Part shown: positions 39,637-55,090 of the stretch, piece after piece
Numbering within the stretch: the stretch's first letter is position 1
Layout of the letters: every line of letters begins with the position of its first letter
Assembly (NCBI GenBank): GCA_951406725.2
Contig: OX597831.1
Coordinates: 65,968,001 to 66,032,000, forward strand
DNA from: Octopus vulgaris
Taxonomy: Eukaryota
DNA length: 64,000 nucleotides
Reading direction: 5' to 3'
Notes under the pieces: generated by a model
What the model was told of the DNA's origin: nothing
The model's database searches: none
The model's input: the letters and a program-made list of their open reading frames with translations, nothing else
Position numbers and translations under genes: made by a program

Positions 39637-39683
39637 CTATTTTTAAAGACATCTACTTTAGTTCTTCCATAGTGAATCCAAAT
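39637..39683 (-). CDS. candidate small coding exon (IWIHYGRTKVDVFKN)
   Basis: tgttatag|ATT...AATAG|gtagtt; phase-compatible with the 40568-40588 candidate. Confidence 0.22.
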
Positions 39684-39734
39684 CTATAACATAGTAAGTT
39701 TAGTGTAGTTCTTACAGGATTTCAGTTTGAACAT

Positions 39735-39866
39735 TCATCATCACCATCGTTTAACGTCTGTTTTCCATGCTAGCATGGGTTGGACAGTTCAACCGGGATC
39801 TGGGAAGCCAGAAGGCTGTACCAGGCCCCAATCTGATCTGGCAGTGTTTCTACAGCTGGATGCCCT
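39735..39866 (-). mobile_element. RTE 3' end (family C), short
   Basis: Family C terminus. Confidence 0.8.
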
Positions 39867-40567
39867 TATGAGGTAACATTGTTACCTCATAAGTTTGATT
39901 AATTTTAGAACAAAAATGACAAGTTAATATCCAAACCACAACTACCCTTCAAGCACCCTGTGTGTTTCATCAATTGCATGCTCCCTAACTAAGAAGCATC
40001 TTCTTTGGTACTGTTTTTCTATATTCTTTGAATCATCACCGTGCTCACAATACAATCCTTGTACTTTAAAAAGTGAATGCTAAACACAGCCCCAGTGGAA
40101 GATGTGTAGAGGTACATGAGATCAAGTTATCTGATTGCAGTACTGTTTAGTACTTCTCAATTTCGTAGCATCCCTACTCAATAAGGGCTTGATGCTACAA
40201 CCTCATAAATCATAAACTGGAAGAATCTGACCACAGACCTTTGACATCTTCCAAACACCATGATGTTGACTGGATGTTTGATTTTTATTACTTTCGGTAC
40301 ATGTTCTGGAGCTCAACCTACTCCTCTGACTTTCAGATATTGTTGAACTGTCCAACATAGAAGATGTATGTTAAATGATGTGGATGATTGTACACACCCA
40401 TACACACACACACAGTTATATATTGCGCAAGTATGAACACACACACACACACGCTTACACCTACACACTTTCCTCCCCGCCTCCAAACACATTGTCTTGT
40501 CCTGATTATCAAAAACACATGGAATGAATTACGACTATTGTAGAATTGAAAGAGTTATTTCCCTTAC

Positions 40568-40588
40568 ACTTCTTGTAGCCGTCTTCAT
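40568..40588 (-). CDS. candidate first coding exon (MKTATRS)
   Basis: AAACATG start context and GTAAGG donor in unique, relatively CpG-containing sequence. Confidence 0.28.
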
Positions 40589-40724
40589 GTTTCCTTCACA
40601 CAGCAGCACAAATTTCTTAAAAACGGATACAGACAACTATTCAAAACACAGTAGGAGCAATGTAGGCTTTGGCGTTACAGTGTATTGTTATGTAAATCGA
40701 AGTTATCAGCTTACACTGTGTGTA

Positions 40725-40945
40725 TTGACTGTGTGACAAAAAGTTCTGGGTTCGGTTCCACTTGATGGCACCTTGGCCGATTATTTTTCTACTCTAGCCC
40801 CAGCCTGACGAAAGCTTTGTGAGTGGATTTGGTGGGCGGAAACTGAAAGAAGTTCATCATATATGTGTGTGTGTCCTTATGTTTGTGTTTGTCTCTCACT
40901 ACCATTTGTTGACAACCGATGCTGGTTTGTTTACTTCTCCATAAC
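40725..40945 (+). mobile_element. SINE family A, old
   Basis: Diverged match. Confidence 0.7.
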
Positions 40946-41052
40946 TCATTGCAATGGTTCTACTAGGGTCCACATTAGATTTTTTGTGTTAAAATTTATG
41001 AGCTATAAATTGCTTATACTTCTACAATACAGAAAACATTAAATTTTTTTTT

Positions 41053-41479
41053 GATCTTTTCGGTTTGAACGGCAGTTTTAACATAATTTCTAGGTAACTA
41101 AAAAATCTTAAACTTCGTATACTGGTAGAGTGTGTTTATAAAACATCTTTTTCTCTTGGCTTTATTGAGAAAATTCTATAGTTTGTAAGATATTTGTTGT
41201 TTTTTTTTCTTCAATTTCTGTAATTTCAACCAATCAATGACCGTCTATTGAGGTGAAAACATTCTCTGCCATATGAATATGTCCCTCGTTTAAGAAACAG
41301 ATTGGGTTTATTTACATTTGAAGAAAAAAAGATACCCTTCCCCCCCACCCCTAACCTTAACTCTAACCATAACCCTAAAACTAATTGAAATGCAATAGAT
41401 CGATACTAGGGTCATAATTATGGGTGACAATTTCATATGACACCGCTAGAAAAAACTGCCGTTCAAACCGAAAAGACCC
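41053..41479. mobile_element. GG-ended MITE with TAACCC-like repeats
   Basis: GATCTTTTCGGTTTGAACGGCAG...CTGCCGTTCAAACCGAAAAGACCC. Confidence 0.85.
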
Positions 41480-41907
41480 GTGAACGGAAATGAAATTAAT
41501 AAAGGAGATAAAAACCTCATAGTAATAGTAAGTTTTAAAAACTGTGGTGGGGAAGGGGAATAACTTTAGGAATCTAAGAATCAGTTTCACAGAAAACGGA
41601 ATTTTCATGCGTTTATGTATTTGTTTTGTCGGATTCCTAAAGTAAAATCGTGTGTTGAAACATATTGTTGACATGTCAGGCTGGTATTTTTATTGTAATT
41701 TATTTATTTATTATTTGCAAAGTAGGCATAGGAGTGACTGTGTGGTAAGTAGCTTGCTTACAAACCACATGGTTCCGGGTTCAGTCCCACTGCATGCCAC
41801 CTACTGTAGCCTCGGGCCGACCAAAGCCTTGTGAGTGGATTTGGTAGACGGAAACTGAAAGAAGCCAGTCGTATATATGTATATGTAAATATATTTATAT
41901 ATTTATA

Positions 41908-42314
41908 TACTGTCACGTTCTTGTTAGATTGACAGTATACAACCATTCTATTGCCCCACCACCGTACATGTCTCTATGAGAGATTTAGAAATTCAATATT
42001 TCTTATTTTGATAATCAGTGAATAGACTTCACTGAGTATAGATATATACAATTACGAAGTCGAGACAAATATCACCGGTTGACCGGTGTCTGCTACTCTA
42101 GGCCGATGAAGGACAACGATCCTGAAACATGTGTCCCTAGATGCAGTTTCGGCAGCCAGGGGTGTTTGTCTCCCCTCCGTATATGTATATAAGGACACAG
42201 GGAAAAATGTGTCAAAGCCATCAGGAGGCGTTCGATGCTTCCTAGGGCTATACAGCGGTGGTGTACCCCCTACTGTCACGTTCTTGTTAGATTGACAGTA
42301 TACAACCATTCTAT
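41908..42314 (+). mobile_element. retrozyme-like element: 363-bp monomer with 44-bp terminal redundancy and one hammerhead
   Basis: TACTGTCACGTTCTTGTTAGATTGACAGTATACAACCATTCTAT at 41908-41951 and 42271-42314; no ORF. Confidence 0.75.
42097..42141 (+). ncRNA. type-I minimal hammerhead ribozyme (U4C)
   Basis: TCTAGG CCGATGA AGGA caacga TCCT GAAA CATGTG TC CCTAGA; perfect stems I and II, GUC site at 42135. Confidence 0.8.
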
Positions 42315-42465
42315 ATATATATATATATGTATAAAAAAATACAAACTGGGACAAGAACATTTAGAAGACAATACAAAAAACACGGACAGGACATTCGAAG
42401 CCATCAATCTTCAGTCAAGAACCGGATCATCCTCGCAATTTCAGCTGAGATATAGATATATACAT

Positions 42466-42531
<66 letters not shown>

Positions 42532-43011
42532 ATATGTTTGTGTGTCTGTGTTTGTTCCCCCAACTGGTGTGTTTACGTCCCCATAACTTAGCGGTTCGGC
42601 AAAAGAGACCGATGGAATAAGTACTAGACTTACAAAGTCGATTTGCTTGACTAAAGGCGGTGCTCCAGCATGGCCACAGTCAAATGACTGAAATAAGTAA
42701 AAGAGAGTAACTACATGCACTATATATTTGTTTTTCATTTCAGTTTTATTCTTCTTCTTATTTTAGTAATCTTTTGTCTGAAATTTTTCCTCACACGTCC
42801 TGTTGCCTCTTCAGTGAGTCTCTGTCCCATGTCTCCTCAGTCAAAGAATACAAAAATAAGAATAGTAACAAAGCTGAAGTGAAGAATAAGAAAGTAGTAT
42901 ATATGCTTAACTGGCAAAAAATAATAATAATAAAAACAACACCACCCTGAAATATAACAATATGAATTTTCATACTTAGGTGTAAAAATCTGATTTTAGT
43001 TATGCAACATG

Positions 43012-43050
43012 TATGAACATGTTTCTATCTTTTGAGACCTCATCAGCATA
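43012..43050 (-). ncRNA. minimal hammerhead ribozyme motif, stem II partly decayed
   Basis: Minus: TATG CTGATGA GGTC tcaaaa GATA GAAA CATG T T CATA. Confidence 0.6.
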
Positions 43051-43324
43051 ATGTAATCTACTGAAACCTGCTTTGATTTGTGGGAAGCAAATTTACAAGT
43101 CATAAAAGGGTTTTAGAAAATTATGACAAATATAATTCGCATAATTGGCGGTGCCCCAGCATGGCCACAGCTCATGAGCTGAAACTAAAAAATCAAAAAT
43201 CAAAATCATAATTACAAAATATCAACTAAGGGAAATAACCCAAGTGGGTCAATGGTATGAATTTGTATAATTCAGGTAAGAGTACTGAATGATGAATGCA
43301 AACATTTTTAAATGCATAAAAATT

Positions 43325-44005
43325 TGTTTGGCTGTATGGTAAGAAGCTTGTTTCCCAACCACATGGCTCTGGGTTCAGTCCCACACGTGGCACCTTGGGC
43401 AAGTGTCTTCTACCATAGCCTTGGGCCAACCAAAGCCTTGTAAATAGATTTGGTAGATGGAAACTGAAAGAAGCCTGTCGTGTGTGTGTGTGTGTACATG
43501 CATGTGTGTGATTGTGTCTGCATCTGTCCTCCAACCACTATTGACAACTGGTGTTGGTGTTTACATGCCCATTACTTAGTGGAGGCACATAGCCTAGTGG
43601 TTAGAGCAGTGGACTCGTGGTCGAGGGATCGCAGGTTCGAATCTCAGACCGGGCGATGTGTGTGTTTATGAGGGAAACACCTAAGCTCCACGCGGCTCTG
43701 GCAGAAGGTAATGGCGAAACTTCTGCTGACTCTTTCACCACAACTTTCTCTCACTCTTTCCTCCTGCGTCCAGGTGGGGAACCTATACACCAAGGAAACC
43801 GGGAAACCGGCCCTTATGAGCCACGCATGGCTTGAGAAGGAATAAACAACAACAACAACAACATTACTTAGTGGTTCAGCAATAGAAACTGATAGAATAA
43901 GTACCAGGCTTCACAAAATCGTGTACTGGGGTTGATTTATTTGACACACAATTCTTCAAGGTGCTTCCCCAGTGTGCACACAGTCTAATGACTGAAACAA
44001 ATAGA
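43325..44005 (+). mobile_element. old SINE family A interrupted by a family B SINE
   Basis: Halves at 43325-43578 and 43863-44005. Confidence 0.8.
43579..43861 (+). mobile_element. SINE family B
   Basis: tRNA head, (AAC)n tail, duplication CATTACTTAGTGG at 43570-43582 and 43862-43874. Confidence 0.9.
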
Positions 44006-44137
44006 AAAAGAACAAAAACTTTATATGACTGTTAAAGAAATGGGGAAATAATTTCTGTTATTCAAGAACTGAATGATGTACACAAGTATTTCTAACAAAT
44101 TTAGAATATATTTAAAAACTATTTAAAATGATAATTA

Positions 44138-44803
<666 letters not shown>

Positions 44804-45245
44804 GTTTTTGATTTCCCCACCCATCCTCACCTGCACCAACAAAGAGCCAAATTTTAATTAATTTAGAATTTTGTTGACTATATCATTCACTTAATAGCTT
44901 AAATTATATAAATTCATGCCATTGGCTCACTTCAGTTATTTCCCTTAGCTCACTTTTTGTAATTTACAAATAAGTTTGTTTCGAACAAGAAATATTTGAT
45001 AGACGGAGGGTCAGGTTCAAATACTATCATTGTCGTTTCTCTCTTGTTCAAGAATATTTTTTCTGTTTTTAGAAACTTTTATAAGATTTTTTGGGGATAA
45101 CTGAAACAAAGCATGATGCTCTGCCAAGGAGCACAAGACAGCACTGGCTTCTGTAAGATTTAAAAATTTATTGCTAGGAGCTCACTCTCTTAATTATACC
45201 ATTGAATAAATTACTTTACCTCTTGTATTCTCTTTGTTCTCCTCT

Positions 45246-45247
<2 letters not shown>

Positions 45248-45285
<38 letters not shown>

Positions 45286-45351
45286 CCACCACCACCACTA
45301 TCATCATCATCACTGCTATTGCTGCCTGTCACCACCACCACCACTACCCTC

Positions 45352-45385
<34 letters not shown>

Positions 45386-45527
45386 TCATCATAATCACCC
45401 CCACCCCCACCATCATCATCATCGTCATCACCACCACCACCGCCCACCATCATCATCACTGCTATTGCTGCCTGCCACCACCACCACCACAACCACCACC
45501 ACCACCATCATCATTATCATCATCATC
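45248..45527. repeat. (CAT)/(CAC) compound microsatellite
   Basis: Read directly from the sequence. Confidence 0.95.
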
Positions 45528-46167
45528 CAACTAACTCACACCCCCATTTGCCAAACTGTATTGGTTAACTTACGATATATTTGTTCTGTTAAAGAGTTTA
45601 TACTCTGCAGAGTTTACATCATTATCTGCGATATGAATGAGTAGTGGGGGGAAAACAATGATGTTAACTTTCAAACTGAAATAATTAAAAACATTTAATT
45701 ACCTCAACATTAAGACTGTTTGGATCTCAAAAGCCATCCAATAGCACAGCACCTCCCATAGTTTGTATTCCTAGTAAATAAATCCTTTCTCTTTTTCTAA
45801 AATCTATTCTGCAATTTAATGTACTTAGGCATGGTTTGTTTTATCTTTGGAATAAGTAGAAGGTAACATGTAGTAGAACTGGAATCTGTTCTGAAGCTAA
45901 TTGGAATAGAAGCAACAATATTTATATAACTTGTCTGAAGTCAGTAACACTGAAATGCTGTTTCAGTCCCTTTGCAGCAACAGTGTCTAAAAAGGAAAAA
46001 GATATAAATAGAAAAAAAAAAATTTTTTTGCCTGCACATCTGATTGTTTCTATAAATAAGGATGTGAACCAAAGTAAACCGCTAAGAGAACAATTAGATG
46101 TTGCATTAAATATAATATTGCAAAATAAACTTTAGTATTTCATCAGAATTAACAAAATATTATTTAA

Positions 46168-46173
46168 GATAAT

Positions 46174-46219
<46 letters not shown>

Positions 46220-46289
46220 TATGATAATAATGATAGTAATAATAATAATGATAATAATAATAACAATAATAATGATAATGATGATAATA

Positions 46290-46342
<53 letters not shown>

Positions 46343-46424
46343 GATGATAATAATAATAATAATAAAAATAATAACAATAATAATGATAATGATGATAAAA
46401 ATAATAATAATAATAATAATGATG

Positions 46425-46463
<39 letters not shown>

Positions 46464-46519
46464 TGATAATAATGATGATAATAATAATAATAATATGATA
46501 ATATGATAATATGATGATA

Positions 46520-46590
<71 letters not shown>

Positions 46591-46610
46591 AACAACAACA
46601 ACAGCAACAT
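46168..46610. repeat. (AAT)/(GAT)/(AAC) compound microsatellite
   Basis: Read directly from the sequence. Confidence 0.95.
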
Positions 46611-47823
46611 CTATAATCACTAAAAACTTATTAAATTGTAATTAGATTTTTAGTAGTTAATGAATTATTTTGTTTGTAAAAGTTGTGTATAGAAGAAAGT
46701 AAGTGAAGTTCTGTTATTGCAATGTTAGTTGTTATGATATGGACAGCTAAACTTTAGCATTTTTCACCTTGAAAACATTTTTACTGAGAATCTTTTTCCC
46801 ATGTAACTTTACATCTATCAATTTCTTCTGATGTACGTCTGTCTGATCCATGATACCTGATAGCTACTATGCTAACTAAACTGGAAGTTGCTGATGTCTG
46901 TACATTCTTCTTTTAGCACAGGGATTTGATGAAAACTTTTTTTCTGTTTCTATAATTTCGTGCCTTTTGTATTCTAAAACAGATTTTAAAATAGAAAAAA
47001 AAAATCTCCTGAGAAACTGGCCTCCAAATATGTTAATAAAATATTTGAATGATACACCTGATTAACTGGCAGGTAAAAAAAAACATCAGTTATATGTTAT
47101 ATGCAGTGGACTGTTTAGTGCTTCTATCCAAGAGAAAAATCTGTTAATTTAATATCAACGAAGAAAATCTGACTACTACCTCTGCTACTGGCTTTTGAAG
47201 AATTTTGGCATTTCTTTGAAGCTAATATTTTTAAATGTAATCTACATTCTGAAAGAAAACAGTCCAAGTTTCTAGATACATATAGATAACTGGCTATGAA
47301 CTTCAGTCCAAAGAAAACACATGATAATCCTTTCTACTTTTCTTTATAAGTATTTATTTTCAACAGAGAGAACAGCAGATATTTTAGTTAAGAAAGTAAC
47401 ACCTCATCTTACTTATTGCTCAAGTATTTCTTCCCACGGTATTGACGTTTGTTAAGCAAATGAGTTGGCCCTTTAATGATATTCATGATGATACTCTCAA
47501 CTTCAGGTTAGTTTTTATGGTATAATCATTTGTATTCACTAATCTAATAAATACCTAATCTAAGGTCATTGCTGATTGATGGCGATTTAATAATTATAAT
47601 GACTGAAACGAAGTCATTTTTACACAACAATTACATTTCCTTTCACTTCATTTCACATATTTATATCTTGGAAAGTAAACTGTAAATTACTTATATTTTC
47701 TACAGACAATATCATACAGAATAATGATGATGTATGGGGATGTTTGTACAGTTGGTGTGTGTGTGTGTGTGAGTATTTTTATAAGTGTGTATATGTGTGT
47801 GCATATATATGTATATATATATA

Positions 47824-47927
47824 TCATCATCATCATCATCATTTAATGTCCACTTTCCATGCTAGCATGGGTTGGACGTGTGACTGAGGGCTGGCAAACC
47901 AGATGGCTGCACCAGGCTTCAATCTTG
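47824..47927 (-). mobile_element. RTE 3' end (family C), short
   Basis: Family C terminus. Confidence 0.8.
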
Positions 47928-47980
<53 letters not shown>

Positions 47981-48083
47981 TATTTATATACATACACACA
48001 CATAAATGTATGTATTATATGTATTATATATAATGCATATATGTCTCTGTGTGTGTGTATATATATATATATATATAATGCAT

Positions 48084-48792
48084 ATTCTTTTACATGTTTC
48101 AGTCATTTGATTATAGCTGTGCTGGACCACTGCACTAAAGGGTTTTTTTAGTTGAAGAAATTGACCCCAGGACTTATTCTTTGTAAACTTAGGATTTATT
48201 CTATTGATCTGTTTTGCCAAACAGCTAAGTTATAGGGATGTAAACACACCAGCATTAGTTGTCAAGTGATGGTGGTTGTACAAAAACAGATACACACACA
48301 CACACACTCACACACATATATATATATATATATAATAATATAAATAATATATAAATATATGCATATATACATACATATATGTACATACCTACATATATAT
48401 GTATATATACATGCATATATGGGTACAGGTATCAAAAAACGTTGAACACAATGAGAAACGAAAACATAAGAACGAAAACATAGAAAACGAACTTTTTTTC
48501 GAACAGCGAAAAAGCCAAACAGGGAAACGAGACATGCAACATAAAGAATATTCCCCTTCTTCAGTTGTCCCTGTTTCATCTACTCTGTATTTCGAAGGCA
48601 AGGACATACATACATACATACATACATACATACATACATACATACATACATACATACATACGATGAGCTTCTTTCAGTTTCCATCTACCAAATCCACTCA
48701 CAAGGCTTTGGTCAACGTGAGGCTACAGTAGAAAACAGTTGCCCAAGATGTCATGCCGTAGGACTGAACCCAGAACCTTGTGGGCTGGGAAG
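48084..48792 (-). mobile_element. SINE family A split by an insertion in its internal microsatellite
   Basis: Halves at about 48084-48300 and 48660-48792. Confidence 0.8.
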
Positions 48793-48800
48793 TATATATG

Positions 48801-48831
<31 letters not shown>

Positions 48832-48840
48832 GTATACATA

Positions 48841-50260
<1,420 letters not shown>

Positions 50261-50291
50261 TGCATATATATATGTGCATATACATATACAC

Positions 50292-50322
<31 letters not shown>

Positions 50323-50348
50323 TATACATATATATGCATTTATATATA

Positions 50349-50592
50349 CAGTAATGCCTTAACATACAAGTTAATTTGATCTTTGAGACTGCTCATAAAG
50401 CTAAAACTCATTAAGCAGAGCAATAATTTCCCATAGTCGCAATGTCATAAATTGTAATTGGTTCTCAGAAAAATATTTTACCAATAAAATTTATAATATT
50501 CGTAAATAAATTGCATTAATACAACAGTAGAGCAAAAAGAATATATTTTATGTAAAGTAAAAGGAATGTCAAGATCATTTAGTATAAAAACA

Positions 50593-50665
<73 letters not shown>

Positions 50666-50990
50666 GTTGTTGTTGTTGTTGTTTTCTGAATCACTTTCAA
50701 TTGTACTAGACTCATGCACACCATCACTTGTAGTCGCAATTGCTGATTCACAAGCACCCATAGACGGACTTGTAGATTTCTTTTTAAAAAACAAGTTTAG
50801 AGTTGTTTGCTGAGAAGAAGCTTTTTTTGCTCTCTATAAATTTCTCGGTAACACGCAGAAGCATTTGTTGTGGTTGTAGATACTTCTGTCCTTTGTTCAA
50901 AATTTGTATCTTTTGCTTGAAAAATAAAACTCGTAAACCCAGGGTCTCGTAAAGCAGGTCCTTGTAAATTGTATTTCACTTGACCTAAAT
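50349..50990 (-). mobile_element. pogo/Tigger-like remnant
   Basis: TA|CAGTAATGCC terminus; minus ACYREIYREQKK...QTTLNLFFKK resembles a Tigger transposase C-terminus. Confidence 0.55.
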
Positions 50991-51235
50991 AAAATTTATT
51001 ACTAATCTCTTATTATTAATTTCTTCTATTCTTCTATGTTATTCAAGAACTCTTTTTCCCAACAATAAACACATACATTTCATCCCCAACATTTTTGTAC
51101 TATTCATTTCTCTTTTCTTGCTGCCATCTCACCATCACTTCTTGATGATCCCACAAGTGCTGGGGACACGAAAAAGCATATAGTATAATTTTGTAAAGTG
51201 TTTGGTGTTAGAAATGGCATCCATCTATAGAAACC

Positions 51236-51445
51236 TATTTCTTTACTACCCACAAGGGGCTAAACACAGAGGGGACAAACAAGGACAGACAAACAGATTA
51301 AGTTGATTATATCGACCCCAGTGCGTAACTGGTACTTAATTTATCGACCCTGAAAGGATGAAAGGCAAAGTCGACCTCGGTGGAATTTGAACTCAGAACG
51401 CAGCAGCAGACGAAATACTGCTAAGAATTTCACCCGGCGTGCTAA
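51236..51445 (-). mobile_element. SINE family D inserted in an old family C fragment (about 51150-51553)
   Basis: Family D core; family C sequence on both sides. Confidence 0.85.
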
Positions 51446-51847
51446 AAGCAGACACTGGCATTTGACATGGTCCTCTGATCTGTTGTATCTTGTCAAACCA
51501 TCAAACTCATGTTGGCATGGAATACAGACACTATATAATGATGATGATGATGACAACAACCTATAGACACATATAGAGATTCCAGAGCCTCTATCACTAC
51601 CATAATTTCAGCACACATTTCACTATAGGTGCTTGGGTCTTCTGCAGCACTGCCTTTTGTGAATCAGTATTGTACTTTACCATTTTCTCTGCATAGTACA
51701 GTATCTTAAGGAGAACATTTACCACTTTACCTATAATTTTTCACAGTCTCCCTCTTCCAATGATTGTGTAATAAGTTGAAATGCACAACCTTTTGGAGTA
51801 GTCATCCTCCATACACATCACATGCCCATGGTTCCCTCTTCTTTCTT

Positions 51848-52079
51848 AGGTGGCGAGCTGGCAGAAACGTTAGCATGCTGGGCGAAATGTTTTGTGGTAT
51901 TTCGTCCGCCACTGCATTCTGAGTTCAAATTCTGCCGAGGTCGACTTTGCCTTTCATCCTTTCGAAGTCGATAAATTAAGTACCAGTTACACACTGGGGT
52001 CGATGTAATCAACTTAATCTGTTTGTCTGTCCTTGTTTGTCCTCTCTGTGTTTAGCCCCTTGTGGGTAGCAAAGAAATA
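51848..52079 (+). mobile_element. SINE family D
   Basis: GGTTCCCTCTT duplicated at 51830-51840 and 52080-52090. Confidence 0.9.
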
Positions 52080-52769
52080 GGTTCCCTCTTGCAGGTTTTC
52101 TCTCAGCTCATTTCTACTCTGTTCATAAACACTGATATTAAACATCTGATGGAATCACACATGTGCCTATCCATCCCTGTACATATATATGTGTATATAT
52201 TATATATTACATATATTTTATCATATATATAAAGTAATGCATAGGTATGAATATAAAATAATACGATACAATAAAATATACATATAAAAATACAGTAGTA
52301 AATAAATAAATATTTATATATAAAGAATAAGGAATTGATTGCATGGTTTCTTAGAGATAAAAATGGAACAATGGGATATTAAAGTTAGAATAATGTTATA
52401 AAATTTGGAAAGAAAAATATCAAAATATTAAATATTTTGTAAAACCTTAAAAGTTAAAGAATTAAAAACTTGAAGATGAATCCAAAGTTTGAATATTAAC
52501 TCTAAAAGTTAACATGAACATTAAAAATTAGATCTAATAAGTATTGAAAAATTCCAAAATTAAAAAATAAAAAATTGAAAATAAAATCAAAAACTAAAAA
52601 GATATTAAAAATTGAAAGACTATTAAAAATAGAATAAAAATAATGATAATTTTTTAAAAAATTAACATTTAAAAATTCTAAATTTGTTAAAAATTTTTAA
52701 ATAAGAATTATTTTTATATATGCAAAATTAAAAATTAAAACTGTTTTAGTATATCGAAAATTTACACTT

Positions 52770-53738
52770 AAAGGTAGAAGATGCAGAAAAGGAGTAGATA
52801 TAAACTACACACGATGTACCCAATGTAAGTGAAGGTTACAGCTGTTGTGGAATCACTGGCAGACTAACAGAAAAAGGAAGCTTTGTATGTGATAGATGCA
52901 CTGGAACTATACATACGATGGGTACACTAGAAATAGATTCTCTTCAATGCTCAGATAGCTTTTGCTACTTGGCAGATGTAAAAGAGATGGTTGTTCTGAA
53001 AGAATATGAACCAGAATAAGAATGGGTTGGAAAAAGTTTAGGGACTTTTACTACTGATGCTAGTAACAAAAGTCTTGGATCTTTTTGGTTTGAACGGCAG
53101 TTTTTTAAACATAATTTCCACGTAACTAAACACTTAAACTTCGTATACTGGTAGAATGTGTTTATAAAACATCTTTTTCTCTTGGCTTTATTCAGAAAAT
53201 TCTATAGTTTGTAAGATATTTGTTGTTTTTTTCTTCAATTTCTGCAATTTCAACCAATCAATGACGTCTATTGAGGTAAAAAAAACATTCTATGCCGTAA
53301 GAATATGTCCCTTGTTTAAGAAACAGATTGGGTTTATTTACATTTCTGAAGAAAAAAAAGATACCCTTCCCCCGACCTCTAACCCTAACCCTAAAACAGA
53401 TTGAAATGCAATAGATTGATACTAGGGTCATAATTATGGGTGACAATTTCATATGACACTGCTAGAAAAAAATGCCGTTCAAACCGAAAAGATCCAAAGT
53501 CTTTTCTTTTAGAGAGAAGAATCGATTGTATGATGCTTGAGTTAGAACTGTGATGCTGCATGGTAGAGAGACATATGTCTTGAATTCAGAAGACTTGAGA
53601 AGACTAGAAAGAAGCGGAAGCTGACATTCTCTGATGGATGTGCAATATAAGTGCATGAGTAACAAAGTATAAATGTGTTGGGAGAAAAATTGGGCATAAG
53701 AGGAATCGGATGTAATGTGTAAGAAAGAAGACCGTACT
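52770..53738 (+). mobile_element. decayed RTE LINE RT fragment interrupted by a MITE
   Basis: FCYLAD...RIRMGWKKF..LLLMLVTK | FREKNRLYDA*VRTVMLHGRETYVLNSEDLRRLER..WMCNIS. Confidence 0.8.
53077..53495. mobile_element. GG-ended MITE with TAACCC repeats and perfect 8-bp TSD
   Basis: AAAGTCTT|GGATCTTTTTGGTTTGAACGGCA...TGCCGTTCAAACCGAAAAGATCC|AAAGTCTT. Confidence 0.92.
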
Positions 53739-53739
53739 G

Positions 53740-54008
53740 CTGATCATCACTTATTTAAGGATTTTGAGCTTTTTCATAAGCAATAAAACATTCTTAAATA
53801 GAGAAGAGGTAAATGATGCATTGGGACATTTTATCAAAGCAAGAGATGAATTTGTTTTTAAAGATGGAATATATGACATAGAGAAACGTTGGGTAAATGT
53901 CATAAATGAACATGGATCATTCTTTGATAAACTAAATCAGTTCTTTAACACTTCTGAAACACTTTATTGTTACCTTTAAATACGACGTCCAGGTGAAGCA
54001 ACCTAATA
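53740..54008 (+). mobile_element. mariner 3' fragment (second family)
   Basis: DHHLF...FKDGIYDIEKRWVNVINEHGSFFD; ends GCAACCTAA|TA. Confidence 0.8.
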
Positions 54009-54798
54009 AATCTACTGGGTGCTATTTTGGAGAAAAAGATGTAAATGTTATCATTTGTCCATTAGAAACTTCAATTAACTTATAGGAAATGTCACAAGCT
54101 CTTGTATTCAGTTTGCAATGCCAGAGTTTTGGAATATGTATTGAAAAATCTTGCAGGATTGTGAGCTCTGAAAATAGTCGCAAGGTTCCTCCTGACTGGA
54201 ATCATCAAGTTTGATAATGAGGAATCGAGCAATCATAAATTTCATATTGCATCCTCTTTTTCTTTCATACAATCCATGGATTAACTGTTTGTACTTTCTA
54301 ATTCTGTCTTGCAGTAGATTAGAACATATTCCACATAATCACTAGAACTGATTACATCAATAATTCATATGTATGTTTCTCTAAAATTCAATCTTACCCT
54401 CTGGTAGCTCTTAATATTCTATTTAAAAGAATTGCAAGTCTGTTTTCTTTAGTCTCTAATGGTGACTCTATTACTTCAGTTGATTTTATACTATAACAAT
54501 TTTGTAATCAACTTTTATTGTTTTGTGCTAGCTAATGTGTTGTTATGGCTTTTAAAATAATCATCTGGACAATGGATTATGAACCGTTTCTCTTATAGCC
54601 TGCACATATTCAATGTCACCCCCATCTCTCTTTAATTTCTCATAAGATTTTCTGCCTATAATTTCCTCTTGCATATTAAATGATATCGTTTTTCAGATGT
54701 AGTATTTCTTTAAATTTTAAGCTATTAAATAATTCACTTAATACAGTTTTATCTTCATACTGCTCCTGCTTTAATTCCTTTGGGCTCTTTTGCAGTCT

Positions 54799-55090
54799 TC
54801 ATCATCATCATCATCATCATCATTTAACATCCGCTTTCCATGCTAGCATGGGTTGGACGGTTCGACTGGGGTCTGTGAAGCCAGGAGGCTGCACCAGGCT
54901 CCAGTCTGATCTGGCAGTGTTTCTACAGCTGGATGCCCTTCCTAACGCCAACCACCCCGTGAGTGTAGTGGGTGCTTTTTACGTGTCACTGGCACGGTAC
55001 CAGGTGAGGCTGGCAATGGCCACGATCGGTTGGTGCTTTTTACATGCCACTGGCACGGAGGCCAGTCAGGGCGGCGCTGGCAATGGCCAA
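54799..55090 (-). mobile_element. RTE 3' end (family C)
   Basis: Family C terminus. Confidence 0.85.

Larger units (their letters stand above)
41724..42708 (+). mobile_element. SINE family A split by insertions in its internal TA tract
   Basis: 5' half 41724-41880, 3' half about 42518-42708. Confidence 0.85.

Noticed and set aside
45702-47500. Minus-strand exon-like segments at 45702-45769 and about 47413-47487
   Set aside because: Splice signals are plausible but there is no homology or consistent chain; expected by chance
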